Source: Desmonostoc vinosum HA7617-LM4
GTDB lineage: Bacteria; Cyanobacteriota; Cyanobacteriia; Cyanobacteriales; Nostocaceae
Length of the DNA stretch: 64,000 nucleotides
Assembly (NCBI GenBank): GCA_019359515.1
Contig: JAHHHC010000004.1
Location: forward strand, 151,136 to 215,135
Reading direction: 5' to 3'
Positions 10,458 to 20,179 of this stretch are shown here, piece by piece (position 1 is the stretch's first letter; each line of letters begins with the position of its first letter). Below the pieces are notes generated by a model. That model saw only the letters and a list, made by a program, of their open reading frames with translations, had not been told where the DNA came from and made no database searches. The position numbers were made by a program, and so were the translations under genes.

Positions 10458-10709
10458 ACAGCCAAATGGCAGCCGGAAGGATCAATTCTACATTTTGCCT
10501 TCCGACTTTTGCCTTCTGCCTACTTGCAGCAAGCTATCCGGAGTAGGACACTAGACTTTTTGGAGAAGCTTGGTAAGGGAGAAGCAAAGGATAATTCTTC
10601 TCCTTTGCCTTCAATCTTTTTCTCAACTCATGTAAGTTTGTACATAAGTTTTGCTTAGTGTTTATGGCGTCTATTTTTTCCGCCTTCCGGTAGTTGCGGA
10701 TTAGTCGCC

Positions 10710-10826
10710 TTACTCCGAATCCCGACGACCGGGGTTACGAGCTGGGTCATTCGACAAAAATCCGAAGATAAAGATAGTCACGAAGAAGGCAACAACAATA
10801 TAAACAGCAATTTTTAATGTCACCAT
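10710..10826 (-). CDS. psbI: Photosystem II reaction-centre protein I (38 aa), absent from the ORF track because it is under 60 aa
   Basis: Translation is [38 protein letters not shown] against the PsbI consensus METLKITVYIVVTFFV..FGFLSGDPARNP.R.D.E. A GGAG motif lies about 10 nt upstream of the ATG. Confidence 0.85.
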   Translation of the reverse strand: MVTLKIAVYIVVAFFVTIFIFGFLSNDPARNPGRRDSE

Positions 10827-11124
10827 AAAAAATCTCCAAGGGGTATGACAAAGAGGGTTTCTCTCAGAATCTGCCATGCAGAAAAGATAGCTCCTATATA
10901 TTACCCAAATCTTGTCCCTTTTTTGGAGGACTCTAGTTAGCGTGGAGAACTTTTTATCATACTCAAGTTTGAGTTACCATCTTGCGATTACTAGGTTTTG
11001 TCGCATATTTAGCTTTTTTCAAACAAAAAAGTTATGTGTAAGTTTGCCATTGTCGTGACGTTGAATAACAGCAAAGGTTTCCACCTGTTGTCAAACATCG
11101 CCTCTCAGTCATAACACAAATTGT

Positions 11125-11238
11125 GGGGACTGGGGACTGGGGACTGGGGACTGGGACTGGGGACTGGGGACTGGGGACTGGGACTGGGGACTGGGGACTG
11201 GGGACTGGGGACGAGGACGCGGGGACGCGGGGACATGG
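11125..11238. repeat. Heptanucleotide tandem array (GGGGACT)n, about 13 copies, degenerating to GGGGACG
   Basis: Direct reading. The array overlaps the last about 20 codons of the acetyltransferase gene on the opposite strand. Confidence 0.9.
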
Positions 11239-11244
11239 AGAAAA

Positions 11245-11952
11245 TTACTTCCTTATCTCCCTCATTTCTCCCACTCCCACTCTTGCAAGTCGGCTTTTAA
11301 TGACTCGTGCTGGTGTACCTACAGCAACGGAAAAGGGAGGAATATCTTTGTTCACAACTGCTCCCGCACCAATGACGCTGCCTTGACCGATGGTAACGCC
11401 ATCTAGAACTGTAACTCCATGTCCTAGCCAACAATTATCCTCAATCACAATTCCCTTGCGAGTTATACCTTGATTTTTGATTGGTTCTATGGGATCTGCA
11501 AAATTATGATTATTTGCATATATCCCTGAGTGACCTGCAATTAGGCAGTGCTTGCCAATTTTTATATCTCCTGGCCCCTCAATACACACGCTAGGGCCAA
11601 TAAAGGTTTCTTCATCAATGTGAATGACAGTATCTTCCAAACACCCTATATCAACGTTACGCTCAATTGCGACTTTATTACCTAGATAAACTCTATTATT
11701 TCTGTGTCCTCTGCCGTCTATGCGTACACCTCTGAAAATATATACTTCATTGCCAATTTCAATCCCAGAAGTACCGATAAACTCTACTCCATTTTGGATA
11801 TATATTTGTCTACCTATATTTGCAAAAATACTACGATATATCAACTTTCTGATTTTTGGCCCTAGAGCAATTGTCGGAATATCACCTAATAAGGTAATGA
11901 TTAAAACTTCTTGCAGGCGCTGCCATTTTGAGGAATATTGCTTGTTGCTCAT
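11245..11952 (-). CDS. Hexapeptide-repeat (left-handed beta-helix) acyl/acetyltransferase
   Basis: Repeated [LIV]G..x..I hexapeptides (VYLGNKVAIERNVDIG.., IGKHCLIAGHSGIYANN, VIEDNCWLGHGVTVLDGVTIGQGSVIGAGAVV) of the WcaF/maltose O-acetyltransferase type. Confidence 0.7.
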   Translation of the reverse strand: MSNKQYSSKWQRLQEVLIITLLGDIPTIALGPKIRKLIYRSIFANIGRQIYIQNGVEFIGTSGIEIGNEVYIFRGVRIDGRGHRNNRVYLGNKVAIERNVDIGCLEDTVIHIDEETFIGPSVCIEGPGDIKIGKHCLIAGHSGIYANNHNFADPIEPIKNQGITRKGIVIEDNCWLGHGVTVLDGVTIGQGSVIGAGAVVNKDIPPFSVAVGTPARVIKSRLARVGVGEMREIRK

Positions 11953-13269
11953 GGCTAAATATCTCTCAAGTAAACTATTGTTGACGTTCTGGAGAATTGA
12001 TTTGGGTTTGGTTCTGCCTGCTACTCATACCAATCACGCTGGTATATATCAATTTTTAAGTACAATTGATTGCGTTCCGGCAAGTTTACATATTTTTAGA
12101 TAGTTTGCCAAATAATGGAAAACTTAAGTTTAGGTTTGACGATCTAATTCAAAGGGTACAGGGAACGGCAACGCTTAATAGGGGAACCTACTTGCAAATA
12201 GTGACATTAAAACAATTACACTGTTTTTCAAAACATCTTTTTTGGAGTGCGGCTCTGTACCCACAACTAAAGTTTTTATCCCTGTTCCCTATCCTGAAGG
12301 GTATGTAATGATATTGCTTATTGTTGCTGAACTAATTAATCAGCTAATATCATTGCATTGTCGAGTCAAACCTCAAACTATTAAATTGTCAAATATGAAA
12401 ATTTGCTGGTTTAGACAGGCTAAAATCTTGTTTATCCGGAAAATTTCCAAAGCTTATCATTTAATTATAAATAGAGTTGTTTACCTGGAGTCTATTTACT
12501 CACCAGGTTTTTTTGAGTTTTTTAAACAACTCAAATTAATAAGCTATTTTCTAACACAACTACATTTATATATGTAATTTTAAAGGCTAGGTAAATTTTC
12601 TGCCTACCATTAAATGTAGTTATTGTTGAATTTTTCCGGGAGCTTTGCTCAAGTAAAACCCTTTTAGGGTGGAGTGTCTCCCACTTCAGCCATCACATTG
12701 AAGTTAACCATCGGTGCAAACAAGTAAGCGCTTCCCCGATTGCTATGACGACTTTCTTGCAACGAATTTCTAGAGTATGCTGCTCCAATCATGTTGCACA
12801 CGGATGATTTACAAACTAACTAACAAAATCACACTCCTGACGACATGAGTGAACTTTGATAACAGTTGCTTCTAACCATAACATATTTTATTTTTTGTGG
12901 AATACTTTTATCAGGCCAATTTTGATGATTACTTAACAATTAAAAAACACTAATTGGCTAATTTTTTTACTTTAGCGATCGCCATTATGTAGCTTTTTAT
13001 TCATCGTGATAATTTTGGTGCTAAATAGGTTACATATAGGTTTGTAAAAGGGACTGGCGGTATGACACCCTTAGTTTGTAGCGCAGAGTATTTTACTCAT
13101 ATTGAAAAATTTGTAAATCACCCAATCAGGTGAGCCAAGCGGGTGATGCGTGCGTGACATGGCTCATTATAAATTCTTATTGAATGAAATATTAAATATA
13201 CTCTAGTTTTCAAGGGGATTCCATAAAAGAATATTAGACTGATCTGAGTATTAATTTTGACTTACACAT

Positions 13270-13605
13270 TTGGTTTCATATATGATTCTTATGCAAGAAA
13301 TTGTCCAAGAAGCTTTAAAAACAGGCTATTTGAGCGCTGCTGCTGAAGATAGGATGCGATCGCTTATTCAAAATAACTACGATTCTGAAGATTTAGATGC
13401 CTGGATTATTTTGCAACGAGCTGTCAGTGCGGGTGAGGTGAAGCAAGAATCGCGTCGCAAAAAAGCTGCATTCTCTTCTCAAAATAAAGACACTTCCTCA
13501 AATATTAAACTTGCTTATCAAATAGCAGCAGAAATTGCTTATGCCGCTGCTATTGCTTTGAGTATGTCGAAAAATACCAAAGACCAACCTCCTTTAGGTG
13601 CTTAA
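13270..13605 (+). CDS. Hypothetical protein (only sizeable ORF in a 2 kb AT-rich gap)
   Basis: ORF only; no recognisable motif. The start is uncertain. Confidence 0.25.
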   Translation: MVSYMILMQEIVQEALKTGYLSAAAEDRMRSLIQNNYDSEDLDAWIILQRAVSAGEVKQESRRKKAAFSSQNKDTSSNIKLAYQIAAEIAYAAAIALSMSKNTKDQPPLGA

Positions 13606-13987
13606 TAATGTTGCATGACTAAGTTATTGTATACTTTTGATACCAAGCAGTTGGCGATCGCCTAATCAACTGCTTGGTAAAATTTTAGATTTTCTTCAAA
13701 TTTTGCTTGGGTAACTTCAGCGCAGCCCTGATCTTTTTTTTAACTGAATTTTTATTAAAAAATAATTAAATCTAAATAAAAAATTAACTCAGCGAATAAT
13801 TAAATTTTTATAAAATTAGCACTTGGTTTAAGATAACGCCTAGAATTAAAAACATCTTTGGTGTAAACCATAGCAGCGAGGAGTAGAATAATTCTCAATG
13901 CTTAACAAAGTCATGGCATTATTACAAACACAGTATAAAGAATTGGCAACATTGGGAAAAGACAGTAAACAATAACCATAGCTAACC

Positions 13988-16570
13988 TTGGAGTTTTGCC
14001 AACCTATGCAGCCAATTCGCACATTTAACGTTTCCCCCTCCCTACCGCCGCGACTCGAACCGCTGCGGCGGCTGGCACAGAACTTGCACTGGGATTGGAA
14101 CGTTGAGACCAAAGATTTATTTCGTCGCTTAGATGCTGACTTGTGGGAATCTAGTCGTCATAATCCTGTATTGATGTTAGGTACAATCAGTCAAGCACGG
14201 CTTTTGGAAGTTGTTGAAGATGAAGGCTTTCTAGCGCAAATGGATCGGGCCTTTCGCCAATTAGAAGACTATCTTCAAGAACGCACTTGGTATCAAAAGC
14301 AACGCAGCAACAAACCAAAAGAATGCTACGCTTACTTTTCGGCTGAATTTGGACTTGTAGATTGTTTACCTGTTTATTCTGGAGGCTTGGGTGTTCTGGC
14401 GGGGGATCACCTCAAATCCGCTAGTGATTTAGGACTACCGTTAGTAGGTGTCGGCTTACTTTACCAACAAGGATACTTTGCCCAGTATCTCAACGCCGAT
14501 GGCTGGCAGCAAGAACGCTACCCCATCAATGATTTTTATAATATGCCTTTGCACCTAGAGCGTAATCCCGATGGCTCAGAATTGCGGATTGCTGTAGACT
14601 ATCCAGGACGCAAGGTATACGCCAGAGTTTGGCGTGTGCAGGTGGGAATGGTGCCACTTTATATGTTGGACACCAACATTGAACCCAACAAAGCTTACGA
14701 TCACGACATCACAGATCAGTTGTATGGTGGCGACATTGATATGCGTATCCACCAAGAAATCATGCTGGGTATTGGTGGTGTGCAGATGCTCAAAGCTTTG
14801 GGATATGAGGTTACAGCCTACCATATGAATGAAGGTCACGCTGCCTTCTCCGCCCTAGAGCGCATTCGCATCTTAATTCAAGAAGAGGGTTTAGATTATG
14901 CCCAAGCTAAACAAATAGTCTCTTCTAGCAACATTTTTACTACCCACACACCAGTACCAGCGGGAATTGACTTGTTCGCCCCTGACAAAATTTTGTACTA
15001 TCTGGGCTACTATGCAGATATCTTTGACTTACCCAAAGAGCAATTTTTAGGACTGGGACGCGAGAATACAGGCGATTTGTCTGCACCCTTTAGTATGGCG
15101 GTGCTAGCCCTGAAAATGGCGACATTTTCTAATGGGGTGGCACAGCTGCATGGTGTGGTGTCACGGCAAATGTTCCAAGGGTTATGGAAGAAAGTCCCCG
15201 TGGAGGAAGTACCTATCGCTGCAATTACTAACGGCGTTCACGCCCGTAGTTGTGTGGCGAAATCAACTCAAGAGTTGTACGATCGCTACTTAGGGCCAAA
15301 TTGGTCATCAGCATCAATAGATAGCCCATTATGGGAACGGATGGATGCAATTCCTGATGAGGAATTATGGCGGAATCACGAACGCTGCCGTTTGGATATG
15401 ATTTTGTATGTTCGCGAACATTTAGTCAAGCACTTACGCGATCGCGGCGCTTCTTCCTCAGAAATTGTCCAAGCACAAGAAGTTTTAGATCCCTATGCTT
15501 TAACAATTGGCTTTGCTCGTCGCTTTGCCACCTACAAACGTGCTACCTTGTGGATGCGCGATTTAGAACGCATCAAACGGATTTTGCTAGGTAACAAACA
15601 CCGCAAAGTCCAATTTGTGATTGCTGGTAAAGCACACCCGAAAGATATTCCCGGTAAAGAACTCATCCGCGATATCAACCACTTTATCCGCGAACAACAC
15701 TTAGAAAAACAAGTGGTGTTTGTTCCCAACTACGACATTCACATATCGCGGTTGATGGTGGCGGGTTGCGATATTTGGTTAAACACACCGCGTCGTCCCC
15801 GCGAAGCCTCTGGTACCAGCGGCATGAAAGCATCAATGAATGGATTACCCAATTTAAGTGTTCTAGATGGCTGGTGGGATGAAGCTGATTACGTCCGCAC
15901 AGGTTGGGCAATTGGACATGGAGAGAATTACGAAGATCCCAATTATCAGGATGAAGTCGAAGCCAACGCTCTCTATGATTTGCTAGAGAAGGAAGTTGTA
16001 CCCCTATTTTATGATCACCGCGATACCGATGGCTTACCCCGTCCTTGGGTTGCCAAAATGAAAGATGCAATTCGGCTGAATTGTCCGTTTTTCAATACAG
16101 CGCGGATGGTGGGAGAATATGCTGGGCGGGCTTATTTCCCAGCCAGCGATCGCTATCATACTTTAACTATCGATAACTACGCCCCTGCTAAAGAACTCGC
16201 TGCTTGGAAAGCAAAACTCAGTGAACATTGGTTTAATATCAAAATCAAAGATATCAACGTATCCGCAGCATCAGACATCGAAGTTAATCAAACCGTTGCC
16301 GTCAAAGCCCAGCTTGATTTAGCAACTATGACTAATGATGATGTGCAGGTAGAGTTATATCAAGGTGCGATCGATGCCAACGGTGAGATTGTCAACGCTG
16401 TGCCAGTGATCATGGATTACCAAGGAGAGGATACACAAAAACTAAGTATTTACACTGCCAACATCACTTATACCACCTCTGGTTTGCAAGGCTTGTCTTT
16501 GCGTGTGTTGCCGAAAAATCAATACTTGTCTAGTCCTTATGAACCAAGATTGATTGCTTGGGCAGAGTAA
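13988..16570 (+). CDS. glgP: Alpha-glucan (glycogen/maltodextrin) phosphorylase, GT35
   Basis: EASGTSGMKASMNG contains the pyridoxal-phosphate lysine. GYFAQYLNADGWQQE, NEGHAAF and TNGVHARSCV are also present. The ORF-track start is a TTG; ATG at 14006 (MQPIRT) is the more likely start. Confidence 0.9.
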   Translation: MEFCQPMQPIRTFNVSPSLPPRLEPLRRLAQNLHWDWNVETKDLFRRLDADLWESSRHNPVLMLGTISQARLLEVVEDEGFLAQMDRAFRQLEDYLQERTWYQKQRSNKPKECYAYFSAEFGLVDCLPVYSGGLGVLAGDHLKSASDLGLPLVGVGLLYQQGYFAQYLNADGWQQERYPINDFYNMPLHLERNPDGSELRIAVDYPGRKVYARVWRVQVGMVPLYMLDTNIEPNKAYDHDITDQLYGGDIDMRIHQEIMLGIGGVQMLKALGYEVTAYHMNEGHAAFSALERIRILIQEEGLDYAQAKQIVSSSNIFTTHTPVPAGIDLFAPDKILYYLGYYADIFDLPKEQFLGLGRENTGDLSAPFSMAVLALKMATFSNGVAQLHGVVSRQMFQGLWKKVPVEEVPIAAITNGVHARSCVAKSTQELYDRYLGPNWSSASIDSPLWERMDAIPDEELWRNHERCRLDMILYVREHLVKHLRDRGASSSEIVQAQEVLDPYALTIGFARRFATYKRATLWMRDLERIKRILLGNKHRKVQFVIAGKAHPKDIPGKELIRDINHFIREQHLEKQVVFVPNYDIHISRLMVAGCDIWLNTPRRPREASGTSGMKASMNGLPNLSVLDGWWDEADYVRTGWAIGHGENYEDPNYQDEVEANALYDLLEKEVVPLFYDHRDTDGLPRPWVAKMKDAIRLNCPFFNTARMVGEYAGRAYFPASDRYHTLTIDNYAPAKELAAWKAKLSEHWFNIKIKDINVSAASDIEVNQTVAVKAQLDLATMTNDDVQVELYQGAIDANGEIVNAVPVIMDYQGEDTQKLSIYTANITYTTSGLQGLSLRVLPKNQYLSSPYEPRLIAWAE

Positions 16571-16721
16571 AGCGATTAGAAATCGCGCGCCAGTTGCTAC
16601 CCTGTGGGAAGCCGCCCTCCGGGCGTCTACAAGTCGGCAAAGCCGACAACACTTGCTTCAACGCTCTTAACCCGCGCAACGCAGTGTTTCCCCAACGCAC
16701 TGGCTTGGCTACACAAACAAA

Positions 16722-16745
16722 ACCCACCTCTGTGGGTTTGAAAAA
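16722..16745. terminator. Hairpin aaacccac-ctct-gtgggttt between convergent glgP and DUF429 genes, probable bidirectional terminator
   Basis: Perfect 8 bp stem with 4 nt loop. On the minus strand it is followed by TTTTGTTTG, 15 nt after the DUF429 stop. Confidence 0.55.
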
Positions 16746-16757
16746 CATAGTTTTTGG

Positions 16758-17549
16758 TTAGTCCACGGAGGTGGACTTCGCCTGTGTAGTAGCGAATTCT
16801 ATATCGCCCAAAACTACGATTCTTTGGGGGACGACAATGTAACCAGTAGTGCGATCGCCTAGTACTAGGTTACGTTGTTCTCCCCAATACCACCAGTATG
16901 CAGCAACATACGCACAGATGAGACTATCTAGTTTATCTTCGGCTGCTTTGAGGGTTGCACCTGTGGTAGGAATTTCGCAAGGGAACGAACCACAGAGGCG
17001 CACAGAGCGCAGAGGAGGTTGATAAGTAGGTAAAATGTCGAGAATGTAATTATAAAGTTTGCTTAGTTCTAAGCGACGCTCATTGAGGCGTCCTTTTTTG
17101 TATTTGAGGATGCGTTCTAAGCCAAATAGATGCACTATTGCTGGATGCGGAAAAACTTCTATTTGATATCTGCCGGGTTTTTGTGGTTCGATGGTGGGTG
17201 CGTGGGCAAAACCACGAGATTCTAATTCTAGTCCAAAGTTGATGGTACGTTCTGCGAAGGGGAGGTTTTGATTGGCTGGGTAGCATCCGGCGTGATATTT
17301 GCCAAAGTGCTTATGGGTGAGTTTGTCGGGGAGGCGACTCCCAGTAGCGTTGGGGATCAAGGTAGGTGCATCTACGGCGATGATGGCTGGTTCGTCTGGT
17401 TGTACGCATTTATCAATCCAGGTGAGGATATCTGCAATGAATTCTTGACGATCTAAATCCAGTAGTTGGAGTTGTCCATCTATCAATTCTAAGCAGCATA
17501 GTCCGCTTGGTTGGGATTTCCAACCTAAATCAATCCCTAGAAATTTCAT
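16758..17549 (-). CDS. DUF429-like (RNase H-fold) protein
   Basis: MKFLGIDLGW..IIAVDAPTLIPN resembles the DUF429 N-terminus. The start is taken at the second Met. Confidence 0.5.
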   Translation of the reverse strand: MKFLGIDLGWKSQPSGLCCLELIDGQLQLLDLDRQEFIADILTWIDKCVQPDEPAIIAVDAPTLIPNATGSRLPDKLTHKHFGKYHAGCYPANQNLPFAERTINFGLELESRGFAHAPTIEPQKPGRYQIEVFPHPAIVHLFGLERILKYKKGRLNERRLELSKLYNYILDILPTYQPPLRSVRLCGSFPCEIPTTGATLKAAEDKLDSLICAYVAAYWWYWGEQRNLVLGDRTTGYIVVPQRIVVLGDIEFATTQAKSTSVD

Positions 17550-17766
17550 TACTAACCCATGCAGAATACAGTAAGGCGATCGCAATGATATCCTGATTGG
17601 CGGTTATGAGAAAGATATCGTCAAAGCGATCGCCTCAACACATGATGATTATAAATCTGTGAGTAGAGACGTGCTATGGAACGTCTTTACAAGGGTCTAT
17701 TGCTAAAAAGTTTAGAGTCTTTCTAAAAAAAGGTGTCTGGTATTGTACCGATAAAGGAGTTTAAAT

Positions 17767-18138
17767 ATGAACGTAAAGTCAAGACTTTTAGAGATTTGGG
17801 AAAATAATCCACCAAGCTTTTTCTACATTAATCTCCCGTTACCTAATAGCCCATCAGTTATGCTTGATGGTGGTGGAAGCGGTTGTTATGATGCTGATAT
17901 TTTTATCCAAGAAATAGAATCTAATCTTGATAAAAAGAAAGGTAATTTGTGGAGCGTTCAAACGTTTGGACACTATGACAATTCCAATCATGAATGGCAT
18001 CTTGTAGGGTACGAAGCTCTTGAACATCAGATTTATCAGAAATTCATTATTCTGTATTATGAACCTGTTAACTATGCTCAGGTCGTTCAAGACTGCATGA
18101 AAAAAAATGTAACAAAAGAACTTGTCACACGTAACTAA
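17767..18138 (+). CDS. Hypothetical protein
   Basis: ORF with an imperfect long hairpin plus T-run downstream (18170-18232). No family recognised. Confidence 0.4.
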   Translation: MNVKSRLLEIWENNPPSFFYINLPLPNSPSVMLDGGGSGCYDADIFIQEIESNLDKKKGNLWSVQTFGHYDNSNHEWHLVGYEALEHQIYQKFIILYYEPVNYAQVVQDCMKKNVTKELVTRN

Positions 18139-18446
18139 GCTTTTTTAAATAATTATTCTGCCTGCGTTTTGCAGCGCAAAGTCGGCCGGGTCGGTTTCCG
18201 TCCCGTCGAACTTTGCAAGAAGGCTTTTTTATGGCTATACCAATTCATTTGGTATAGGTAACTTTGATTGAGTTTTGCTAATTTTGGGGTTCTATACTTG
18301 ACTTTTATGAGCAAAGATTCTATCTGAAGAATAAAAAATATCTATCTTAGGTTTGATATTATTTAAACTGTTATCTAAATTCTCTTTACTTGTTAAACTT
18401 TGATTCAGAGAAGAAACTAAAGAGCATTTAAAGAACCAAAGCTTTA

Positions 18447-19187
18447 ATGCAGGCTAGAGGAATAAAATTAATGGAACCTTCTAAAAAGAGAGCAGAAAAA
18501 ACATCTCGACGCAACTTTTTGGGACAAGCACTGACAGCAGCGGGAACAGCTATTGCTGCTCCTGCAATTATCAACCAGACAACCGCGGCTAAGGAAGTTA
18601 TTCAAAGCTCGGAAGGTAATATGGATCTAACACTTACCGTCAATGGCCAACCACGAACCTTAAATATTGAGCCACGTGTGACACTCTTGGATGCTTTGCG
18701 CGATCGCCTGGGTCTTGTCGGCAGTAAAAAAGGCTGCGATCATGGTCAGTGTGGTGCTTGTACTGTTTTAATTGATGGTCAGCGTGTTTATTCTTGCCTA
18801 TCTTTAGCAGTCATGCAGGAAGGTAAAGCAATTGTTACCATCGAAGGCTTAGCAAAGGGTGATACTCTGCATCCCATGCAAGCAGCATTCATTGATAACG
18901 ACGGTTTTCAATGCGGCTACTGTACACCAGGACAAATTTGTGCATCTGTTGCTTTAGTTGAAGAAGTTAAACGTGGGTGTGCCAGTGTAGTCACACAAGA
19001 TTTAAATCGTCCTCCACAGTTGGCGGAACTCTCAGAGGCAGAAATTAAGGAGCGCTTGAGCGGTAATCTCTGTCGATGCAGCGCCTACAACGGCATCGTC
19101 GCGGCAGTGCAGCAGGTAGCTGGGCAAAAACCACCTTCACCGACAGCAACTATGATCATCAGCGAACTCCAGGAGATGCCGGCATGA
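18447..19187 (+). CDS. paoA: Periplasmic aldehyde oxidoreductase 2Fe-2S subunit with Tat signal peptide (PaoA/YagT-like)
   Basis: The twin-arginine motif SRRNFLGQALTAAGTAIAAPA precedes cysteine clusters CDHGQCGACTV and CGYCTPGQ..NLCRCSAY. The stop overlaps the next start as ATGA. Confidence 0.8.
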   Translation: MQARGIKLMEPSKKRAEKTSRRNFLGQALTAAGTAIAAPAIINQTTAAKEVIQSSEGNMDLTLTVNGQPRTLNIEPRVTLLDALRDRLGLVGSKKGCDHGQCGACTVLIDGQRVYSCLSLAVMQEGKAIVTIEGLAKGDTLHPMQAAFIDNDGFQCGYCTPGQICASVALVEEVKRGCASVVTQDLNRPPQLAELSEAEIKERLSGNLCRCSAYNGIVAAVQQVAGQKPPSPTATMIISELQEMPA

Positions 19188-20179
19188 ACAACTTTACTTA
19201 CATCCGCGCTACCTCGGTGAAAGATGCTCTGCAACGGGCAAAAACTGACCAAAAAGCTATGTATATCGCAGGCGGGACAAATTTAGTTGACCGCCTGAAA
19301 GTTTTTTTGGATGAGCCATCACAACTCATCGACATCTCCCGCTTAGAGATGGGGCGCATTGAACGCACAAGTAGCGGCGGTTTGCGTATAGGAGCGTTGG
19401 TAAGTAACACAGCAGTGGCAGATCATCCCGATGTTCGCCGCAACTACCCGATGTTATCACGGGCAATTCTCGCTGGGGCATCGCAACAGATCCGCAATAT
19501 GGCAACTATGGGCGGTAATCTTTTGCAACGTACCCGTTGTCCCTACTACTACGATACTGCTTTCCCCTGTAACAAAAGACAACCCGGAACTGGCTGCCCT
19601 GCCGCTACAGGTATCAACCGAATGCACGCGATTTTAGGCGCTAGTGAGCAGTGTTTTGCGGTGCATCCTTCGGATATGTGCGTTGCTCTGGCGGCTTTAG
19701 ATGCTGTCGTGGATGTAGAAGGCCCCAAAGGCAAGCGGCAGATTCCCTTAACAGACTTTCACCGTTTACCAGGGGACGCACCCCAGCGAGATACCAACCT
19801 CGAACCGGGTGAGTTAATTACTGCTGTAACTCTGGGGCCGATGCCCTTTGCCAAATCGGGGGTTTATTTGAAATTACGCGATCGCACTTCCTACGCTTTT
19901 GCTTTAATTTCAGTAGCGGCTGCTCTTGAGTTAACAGGTGAGCAAATCAAAAATGCCCGCTTAGCCATGGGTGGTATCGCTCACAAACCTTGGCGAACCA
20001 CAGAAGCAGAAAAGTTTCTCATTGGCAAGCCTGCCAACACTACAACATTTCAACAAGCAGCAGAAATTGCGCTTGCGGGAGCCAAGCCCCTAACCCACAA
20101 TGCTTTCAAAGTTGATATGGCCAAGCGAGCAATACGTCGGGCGCTCACAGTTTCAGCTAAAGGAGGAGGCGTCGTATGA
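19184..20179 (+). CDS. paoB: FAD-binding subunit of xanthine-dehydrogenase-family molybdoenzyme (PaoB/YagS-like)
   Basis: MNNFTYIRATSVKDAL..MYIAGGTNLVD is the FAD-binding PCMH-type N-terminus. AGGAGA lies 8 nt upstream. ATGA overlaps on both sides. Confidence 0.8.
   Translation: MNNFTYIRATSVKDALQRAKTDQKAMYIAGGTNLVDRLKVFLDEPSQLIDISRLEMGRIERTSSGGLRIGALVSNTAVADHPDVRRNYPMLSRAILAGASQQIRNMATMGGNLLQRTRCPYYYDTAFPCNKRQPGTGCPAATGINRMHAILGASEQCFAVHPSDMCVALAALDAVVDVEGPKGKRQIPLTDFHRLPGDAPQRDTNLEPGELITAVTLGPMPFAKSGVYLKLRDRTSYAFALISVAAALELTGEQIKNARLAMGGIAHKPWRTTEAEKFLIGKPANTTTFQQAAEIALAGAKPLTHNAFKVDMAKRAIRRALTVSAKGGGVV

Noticed and set aside
10457-10710. Hairpin tccgc...gcgga after psbI as a rho-independent terminator
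   Set aside because: The T-run is on the wrong side of the stem for either strand. Not called.
11123-11386. 87-aa ORF (MGTGDWGLGTG...)
   Set aside because: It is simply the translation of the (GGGGACT)n heptamer array and has no coding features.
11720-12577. Several 80-130 aa plus-strand ORFs
   Set aside because: 11720..12103 is antisense to the acetyltransferase gene. The others lie in the AT-rich gap with Phe/Ile/Leu-rich low-complexity translations typical of random AT-rich frames.
15367-16070. ORFs antisense to or frame-shifted within glgP
   Set aside because: Embedded in a well-supported 860-aa gene.
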